NCBI GenBank assembly: GCA_903944345.1
Contig: CAJARJ010000018.1
Coordinates: 45,933 to 109,932, forward strand
Source: Candidatus Omnitrophota bacterium
GTDB taxonomy: Bacteria; Omnitrophota; Gorgyraeia; Zapsychrales; Fredricksoniimonadaceae
Length of the DNA stretch: 64,000 nucleotides
Direction of reading: 5' to 3'
How positions within the stretch are numbered: position 1 is the first letter of the stretch; every line of letters starts with the position of its first letter. A model generated the notes under the pieces. It saw only the letters and a list, made by a program, of their open reading frames with translations, was not told the origin of the DNA and searched no databases. Below, piece after piece: positions 58,233-64,000 of this stretch. The translations under genes were made by a program, and so were the position numbers.

Positions 58233-60776
58233 ATGAAAAAACAGCTTCAACAAAGATCGTTCTCTTTCCGGATGCTCTGCGGCTGGCTCAGCCTGAATCT
58301 TGTTATCGCCGCGATCATCCCGTCCAATGCTTTTGCACAAGGGGCATACTTACCCGCTCCCGGATCCATGCTCCTGACCAGCCCGGCGTTCACCCCCGTT
58401 ATCATGCAGGGCATAAAAGTCCATGAACAAAACCCCCTTTTATTAGATTTCATAATCGATAACGGACAGACGAAGTTCCAGGCCGACAGTGCTGATTTCA
58501 GGTCTGAAGCCCAGAAAATAATCAAATATTTCCTGGCCGCGCTAACGATCAAAGAAGAAGACCTGTGGGTAAATCTGTCTCCCTACGAAAAAGACCGGAT
58601 GATTCCTGCGGAATTAGGCAAGACCGATCTGGGCCGGGACATGCTGGCGCAGGACTATGTGCTTAAGCAATTAACCGCTTCCCTTATTTATCCCGAGAAA
58701 GATCTCGGAAGAAAATTCTGGAACAAAGTGTACGCCCGGGCACAGGAACAATTCGGCACAACAGATATCCCGATAGATACTTTCAATAAAATCTGGATCG
58801 TGGCAGAGAAAGCCAAAGTCCTTGAGCGCAACAATACAGCATATATTGCAGGTGCCCGTCTGAAAGTGATGCTGGAACAAGACTATGTCGCCGAGCAGCA
58901 CAGGCACGATGCCACACCTTCCGATACCGCCCTCGAACCATCCGGCACTCCCGCCAGCAGGATCATGTCTGCGTCCACCCCGGATGAAACCGGCGCGTTT
59001 GAATTGGCCCGGGACATCATCCGTGAAATTATTGTTCCCGAAATCGAAAAAGAAGTCAACGAAGGCAAAAACTTCGCCCCCCTGCGCCAGATATTCTATT
59101 CCATGATCCTGGCAACCTGGTACAAGCTGGCACTAAAAGACGCTTTGTTAAATCAGGTTTACAGCAACCAGGGAAAGACCAGCGGCGTATCGTCAAATGA
59201 TCCAGGGGCAACAGAAAAAATTTACAACCAGTATCTGGAAGCCTTCAAAAAAGGCGTTTTCAACTATATAAAGGTTGAATCCGAAGGGGACGATAAAAAC
59301 CCTTTACCCAGGAAATACTTTTCAGGCGGCGAAGATTGGGCAATGCTGCCGCGCATCCTTGAACGAATCGAAACCGAACGCTTCTTTGGTGCAGACGACT
59401 TGAGAAGCTCCGCAGGAAGAAGCCTGGCCCTGGTCAAGACACAAGTCGCACCGCGACATGCCTATCTTGAACCAATGCCCCCAGAAAAATACACCCTTTC
59501 AGCAACAATAAATCCGATGCGGCCGGCTTACACTGGCAAAATGCTGCAAACCAACCATTCTCCGACAAACGAAAAACTCCCAAGGAACACAATAGTAATC
59601 GGCACCGGACGATCCACCAGCTACCGCCCCAGTCAATTTACCGAACAAATCTTCATTAATACCGAAGATTCAAAAAAAACGCCCGCAGCTCTTCTATACA
59701 AAAGCGCAGACGATTTCACATTGAGCACTACGGGTGCCAATGTCATTGTTATGGCTGACGCAATGCTGGGAAGACCCGATGAAGGCCCCATTCTGTTAGG
59801 CCTGCCTGTTATCGTTGCCACCACACTCACAGAAACCCTGGATCCACAACAACTTGCAGCCTTTATTCGTCAGACCAGCGACGCGAACGACGCTTTCGTT
59901 GCTTCGACCGGATCCCTGCTCACCCGATATGAATCCTTGCTGGCCTCTTATGCGGACAAATTAATGCCCGAGCATATTCACCAGCTGGCGGATTCATTGC
60001 GCCTATCTCCCGCCTTTCTGGAATCAGCAGATACTGTCAAAAAATCTCTCGGCCTTCAGTCTCTCGAGGTAGAAATTGAAGCCGGCCCCATTCTTGGAGA
60101 CATTATCGACGCATTTCTGAAAAGATCCATTATAGTCCAAACGTTAAAAAACCATAAAATCCATATCACTGCGGTCAAGGCTGCTCGCGCCGAACGCAAG
60201 GATCCTTCCCTGAAAATTCCACTGCCCACGGATGGAATTGTCAATCTCATGTTTAGCTATCGTACCAAGACCAATCTCTCTACTGATGCCAATGAACCAA
60301 TAATCCCGAGAAACATTGATTTTTCTCTTCTTGTATACCCCTCAACCAACGACATCCAACTCCCGATATACGACAAAAATATATCTATCCAATTCGAAGG
60401 ATCCCGGTTTAGTCTTTTCTATAACTATGATTCACTCATTCATTACCCCATTACGCTTGTAACCGGTGAATTGATCAACGGCACTCTCAAATTGTTCCAT
60501 CCCTCACAGGATCCTGATTCCCCTGTCGATATCCTGGTACAATATACTCCTCCGCGAACCAATCCTCCGGTTGTCCACACATCGGCCTCGACAGAGCCTG
60601 CAACCGGTGGTATCGATCTGGACGCACGGAATATGTCTCTGGATATATCCAAGGACGGTAACGGAACAGCCCTACAGATCGACCCGGCCATGCTTGCCGA
60701 ATTCCAGAAAGACAGTTTTACCGGCGTGGAGGGAATCATCCTGGAAATAACTCCGCTGTTAATTAGTGCCGATTAG
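58233..60776 (+). CDS. Exported bracketed protein A: conserved N-domain + unknown cargo + GGIDL C-domain
   Basis: Signal peptide ending AFA; LPAPG...WVNLSPYEKDRM...LAQDYVLKQLTAS...PRKYFSGG; C-terminal GGIDLDA...IILEITPL. Paralogous to the next gene. Confidence 0.85.
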   Translation: MKKQLQQRSFSFRMLCGWLSLNLVIAAIIPSNAFAQGAYLPAPGSMLLTSPAFTPVIMQGIKVHEQNPLLLDFIIDNGQTKFQADSADFRSEAQKIIKYFLAALTIKEEDLWVNLSPYEKDRMIPAELGKTDLGRDMLAQDYVLKQLTASLIYPEKDLGRKFWNKVYARAQEQFGTTDIPIDTFNKIWIVAEKAKVLERNNTAYIAGARLKVMLEQDYVAEQHRHDATPSDTALEPSGTPASRIMSASTPDETGAFELARDIIREIIVPEIEKEVNEGKNFAPLRQIFYSMILATWYKLALKDALLNQVYSNQGKTSGVSSNDPGATEKIYNQYLEAFKKGVFNYIKVESEGDDKNPLPRKYFSGGEDWAMLPRILERIETERFFGADDLRSSAGRSLALVKTQVAPRHAYLEPMPPEKYTLSATINPMRPAYTGKMLQTNHSPTNEKLPRNTIVIGTGRSTSYRPSQFTEQIFINTEDSKKTPAALLYKSADDFTLSTTGANVIVMADAMLGRPDEGPILLGLPVIVATTLTETLDPQQLAAFIRQTSDANDAFVASTGSLLTRYESLLASYADKLMPEHIHQLADSLRLSPAFLESADTVKKSLGLQSLEVEIEAGPILGDIIDAFLKRSIIVQTLKNHKIHITAVKAARAERKDPSLKIPLPTDGIVNLMFSYRTKTNLSTDANEPIIPRNIDFSLLVYPSTNDIQLPIYDKNISIQFEGSRFSLFYNYDSLIHYPITLVTGELINGTLKLFHPSQDPDSPVDILVQYTPPRTNPPVVHTSASTEPATGGIDLDARNMSLDISKDGNGTALQIDPAMLAEFQKDSFTGVEGIILEITPLLISAD

Positions 60777-63700
60777 GGGTGTTATTCGGAGAATAACCGG
60801 TGAAATGCCGCTGAAATTACCACTCTGTAACCGCTCCAACACCTGCTCATCAAAAGCAAACATTGCTGCATCTCCGGAAGCCGTCAACGCTCCGGAAGCA
60901 TCCAGATCGATACCACCAACATCCTGATTGGGCGCACGTTCGCTGCTGTCTGCTCCACTGTCGGCATCCTGCAAACTTTGCTCAAGTCCCAACGAGCGAA
61001 TATCCTTTATGACTGCGTCGATAGATACCGGCGCTCCAATCATCCCGCTGACCGCCCGCGCAATTGAAGGCAGATCCCCCCCATGCAAGCGGATCATCTG
61101 CGAATACATAACCCTGAAAATATTCTTGATCGCAGACAAATCAAACGCTTCACGCCAGCTCAACTGCGGATGGACTTTTTTCTCGGCAGCCACGGCCTCG
61201 GCCGCTCTTTGCAAGGATGCCTGACGCATGGCAGTTGTTTCCTCAACCGTCAAAAGATGATCGCCGTTGGTCTGATCTGTCTCATAAGATGAGACCGTTA
61301 CTCCACCGGCATTGGCCAGAGTGTCCGGAATGACATTAATCCCCTTCTGCTCAAGAATCCTTTCAGCCTCTTCCGTGATCGGCCCGTTAGCCCCCTCAAA
61401 GACCCATGGAGCAACAACAAGCTCTGCCTCCCGTGCCGTAATCGCTTCCTGAATAGCTGCAGGAACAAGAATGTCAACCCTGGCTCCGAAAACAGCATCC
61501 GCCACAGCCTGGGGACTATCCAGAGCAGCTGTCACCCCCTGTAAAAAAATCCGCCCCTGAGTCCAGGCATCACGCAACGTTCCAGCCTCCCTGATCGCCA
61601 CCAGAATATCCTGAAGCTCATTCTCGGTCCAGACACCGTCACCTTCTTTCACCAGCGTGATCCCCAAATCATTGATCACTTTAAGGCTTGCTCCTTCTTT
61701 GACCAGCCTCAAAGCAGTAAAGTAGCCGACATTCCCGAAGCCATTGACGGCTGCGGTCTTGCCTTGAAGATCTCCGATAAAGAATTTGATCACATCCACA
61801 ACACCAAATCCTGTAGCTTCGGCACGTCCGGCCACGCCGTAAACATCCGGATCCTTTCCGGTAAAAACACCCAACCAGGGAACCGGAATACTATTGTCGC
61901 GCCAAAACCTGTAGGCAACATCCAGATACGCAGTTCTGGTCGGGTCGGAATCCTCCTCGATGGATCCCAGCGCTTGATACAGATCCACATTGTATTCACG
62001 AATAATATTTGTCTCTCTTGTCAGATAGCGCAAATATTCATCCTCGTACCAACCAAGAATCTGCGAATCCGTTCTCATATCCGGAGCAGGAATATCTTTA
62101 TCGGGACCGATTGTCCCTGAACGGGCTAAAGCCCAGGCATGCGCCCTTGCGATCCTTGCCTTGTTGGCCAGCGGAAATTTCTTCCAGTCAACCTTGCCAT
62201 CCGCCCCCGCTTCATAATCCTCCAGCGTCCAGACTCTACGTCCACTGGAGTTCAGCTTTCTGGTGATCTTGCCGATAAAAATACCCCCTTTCCCGCCGCC
62301 CAGCGCCAAGCGACTGCCGGAAACTTTCAGCGTCATCCCCAGAGACAAAGCCAGAACATCTCCCTCAATCCATTTCCCTACAAAACTCCGCACTTCTTCT
62401 TCCGAAGGCTCCAGAGCAACAAACTTCTCCCACTGATCAACAAAATCCGTATCATTCATAAGATCGCTTGCAAGAACCCAACGAATGCCTCCCTTGGCCG
62501 GCCCCAGAATTGTGTTGTTTCTCACTCGCTCGAAATAGATATCAGCCTCCTGCTTCTCCCCGGACGGAGAAATCTGCGGAATCGTTGCCCATGACTTTGT
62601 TACTGTCCGTGGCTTAAGCAAAGACAGTACCAGTTGCGGATTAAGCTCCTCTTTAAAACGGTCAGATATCCCCCGAACGCGATTGCGCATTTTGGTCCAG
62701 TAAGGATTCTCCAGACGCTTAACAGCCTTCCCTGCAGATGTTAACGTAGCCGCCTCATCCTCCATTCTTCCCGAGACCGTGACCACCAGCGTCTTGCCGA
62801 CAGCATCCTTTACATCAGTCCGGGCCGCATTATCGACCGTTTCGGGAACCGGATTATCCCCGCCCGAAAAATATTTACGGGGAATCACCTCACCCATCGG
62901 GTTTATATCGTCCTTGATAAAATTAAAAACCCCCTGTCTGTAAGCGTCTACATATTTATTCCAGATTGCTTCCGGAGCTAAATCCACGCCGCTATCTTTG
63001 ACCCAGGCCCCTTCCAGTCCTCCGGTTCTGGCACGGTCGGCATAAGCCCGGGTCAACAGCGATTGACGAAGATTACGCTTGTACCAGGTTGCCAGAATAA
63101 CCGCCTGATGGATCTGACGAAGCCCGGCAAAATTCCTACCTTCGTTCACGTCTTTCTCGATCTCGGGAATAATAATATCCCTGAGCACCTGTTGGGATAT
63201 ATCGGGTGATGAGCTTTCTTGCAAAGTCAATACCCCCGCCGCACCACTGGCATATTGAGCTGCCAGATAATCTGTTTCCAGCATGACCTTAAGATGCATG
63301 TCCGTAATCAGGGCTGTCATCCGATTCCCATCCTGAGGATTCCTGTGGGCATATACAGCCGCGCGATCAGTTACAATCCAGACCTTATTCAACGTATCGA
63401 CAGGAATTTCTGTCGTGCCAAACTCGTTCTGCGCACGCTCGTACACTCTGTCCCAGAACGCTTTGCCCAGTGACTTCTCCGGAGTAATCATGGATGCAGT
63501 AAGCTGTTTAAGCACATAGTCCTGGGCCAGAAGATCGCGCCCCAGCTCGGTTCTTCCCATCTCTTCGGACAGCATCCGGTCTTTTTCATAAGGAGAAAGA
63601 TTGACCCACTGATTCTTTTCCGGAGTCGTCAGCGAAGCCAGAAAGTACCTGACCAATCTTTCGGATTCCCCGGCTATTTCTTTATCATCAGCGCTACCGG

Positions 63701-63926
63701 GCAAAAGACCGGTATGACCGGTATCTACAATAAAATCAAACAAAAGGGGGTTATCGGCATAAACAGCGACCCCCTGCAGACTCACCGGAACAAACGCCGC
63801 ACTGGGCTCGACCATTGCTCCCGGCTCCGGCAAAATCAGGTTTTGAGCCAGGACCGCATCAGGGCCAAGAACCGTGCTCAACAAAAACGCCACCAAAACA
63901 ATGACTGCATTAACCCGCTTCAACAT
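60759..63926 (-). CDS. Exported bracketed protein B: the same N/C domains around a Glu/Leu/Phe/Val (glutamate) dehydrogenase
   Basis: Same brackets as A. The middle has GPAKGGIR, GGGKGG, DIPAPD, TGK, R.EATGFG, GFGNVG, EGANGP, PD.LANAGGVTVS. Confidence 0.9.
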   Translation of the reverse strand: MLKRVNAVIVLVAFLLSTVLGPDAVLAQNLILPEPGAMVEPSAAFVPVSLQGVAVYADNPLLFDFIVDTGHTGLLPGSADDKEIAGESERLVRYFLASLTTPEKNQWVNLSPYEKDRMLSEEMGRTELGRDLLAQDYVLKQLTASMITPEKSLGKAFWDRVYERAQNEFGTTEIPVDTLNKVWIVTDRAAVYAHRNPQDGNRMTALITDMHLKVMLETDYLAAQYASGAAGVLTLQESSSPDISQQVLRDIIIPEIEKDVNEGRNFAGLRQIHQAVILATWYKRNLRQSLLTRAYADRARTGGLEGAWVKDSGVDLAPEAIWNKYVDAYRQGVFNFIKDDINPMGEVIPRKYFSGGDNPVPETVDNAARTDVKDAVGKTLVVTVSGRMEDEAATLTSAGKAVKRLENPYWTKMRNRVRGISDRFKEELNPQLVLSLLKPRTVTKSWATIPQISPSGEKQEADIYFERVRNNTILGPAKGGIRWVLASDLMNDTDFVDQWEKFVALEPSEEEVRSFVGKWIEGDVLALSLGMTLKVSGSRLALGGGKGGIFIGKITRKLNSSGRRVWTLEDYEAGADGKVDWKKFPLANKARIARAHAWALARSGTIGPDKDIPAPDMRTDSQILGWYEDEYLRYLTRETNIIREYNVDLYQALGSIEEDSDPTRTAYLDVAYRFWRDNSIPVPWLGVFTGKDPDVYGVAGRAEATGFGVVDVIKFFIGDLQGKTAAVNGFGNVGYFTALRLVKEGASLKVINDLGITLVKEGDGVWTENELQDILVAIREAGTLRDAWTQGRIFLQGVTAALDSPQAVADAVFGARVDILVPAAIQEAITAREAELVVAPWVFEGANGPITEEAERILEQKGINVIPDTLANAGGVTVSSYETDQTNGDHLLTVEETTAMRQASLQRAAEAVAAEKKVHPQLSWREAFDLSAIKNIFRVMYSQMIRLHGGDLPSIARAVSGMIGAPVSIDAVIKDIRSLGLEQSLQDADSGADSSERAPNQDVGGIDLDASGALTASGDAAMFAFDEQVLERLQSGNFSGISPVILRITPLIGTN

Positions 63927-64000
63927 ACATCCCCCCCTCTATTATGAAAACCCCGCATCTCGATGGCAAAAGATGTCATTCCGAAACAAAAAAAAGAGGC

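Overview
64 kb of gene-dense, GC-rich bacterial chromosome, mostly on the minus strand. It is probably Candidatus Omnitrophota (PVC superphylum); this is inferred only from the two large bracketed proteins at the right end. I saw no rRNA, tRNA, CRISPR array or mobile element. Left to right: partial guaB3-type IMPDH, groEL-groES with a CIRCE operator, tlpA-ccdA-FKBP, glycosyltransferases, mntP, csp, a CusRS-like two-component system and azoR. Next come class III RNR (nrdDG) behind an uncharacterised radical SAM gene and two NrdR boxes, photolyase, corA and a lipoprotein MsrB. A complete group A3 [FeFe]-hydrogenase locus follows (hndABCD-like, structured leader/terminator, TM1266-like regulator, aspA, hydF, hydG, hydE), then a divergent unit of FMN-binding membrane ferredoxin, AmmeMemoRadiSam radical SAM and an unannotated 47-aa Tat peptide. 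Further right are four membrane spermidine-synthase-like genes with speD, an atypical PEPCK, mnmD, a frameshifted DUF748 gene, an MBOAT/SGNH pair and amtB-glnK under an ANTAR-type dual-hairpin attenuator. The window ends with two convergent paralogous exported proteins. Best candidates for undescribed biology: (1) those two paralogues share a ~340-aa N-domain and a ~55-aa C-domain around unrelated cargo, one cargo being an apparently intact glutamate dehydrogenase; (2) the radical SAM enzyme lacks its usual N-terminal motif, which instead appears on the neighbouring Tat peptide and on the tail of the upstream membrane flavoprotein; (3) a candidate cis-regulatory RNA sits between the hydrogenase structural and maturation genes. 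All family calls come from motif recognition by eye, not from database searches.
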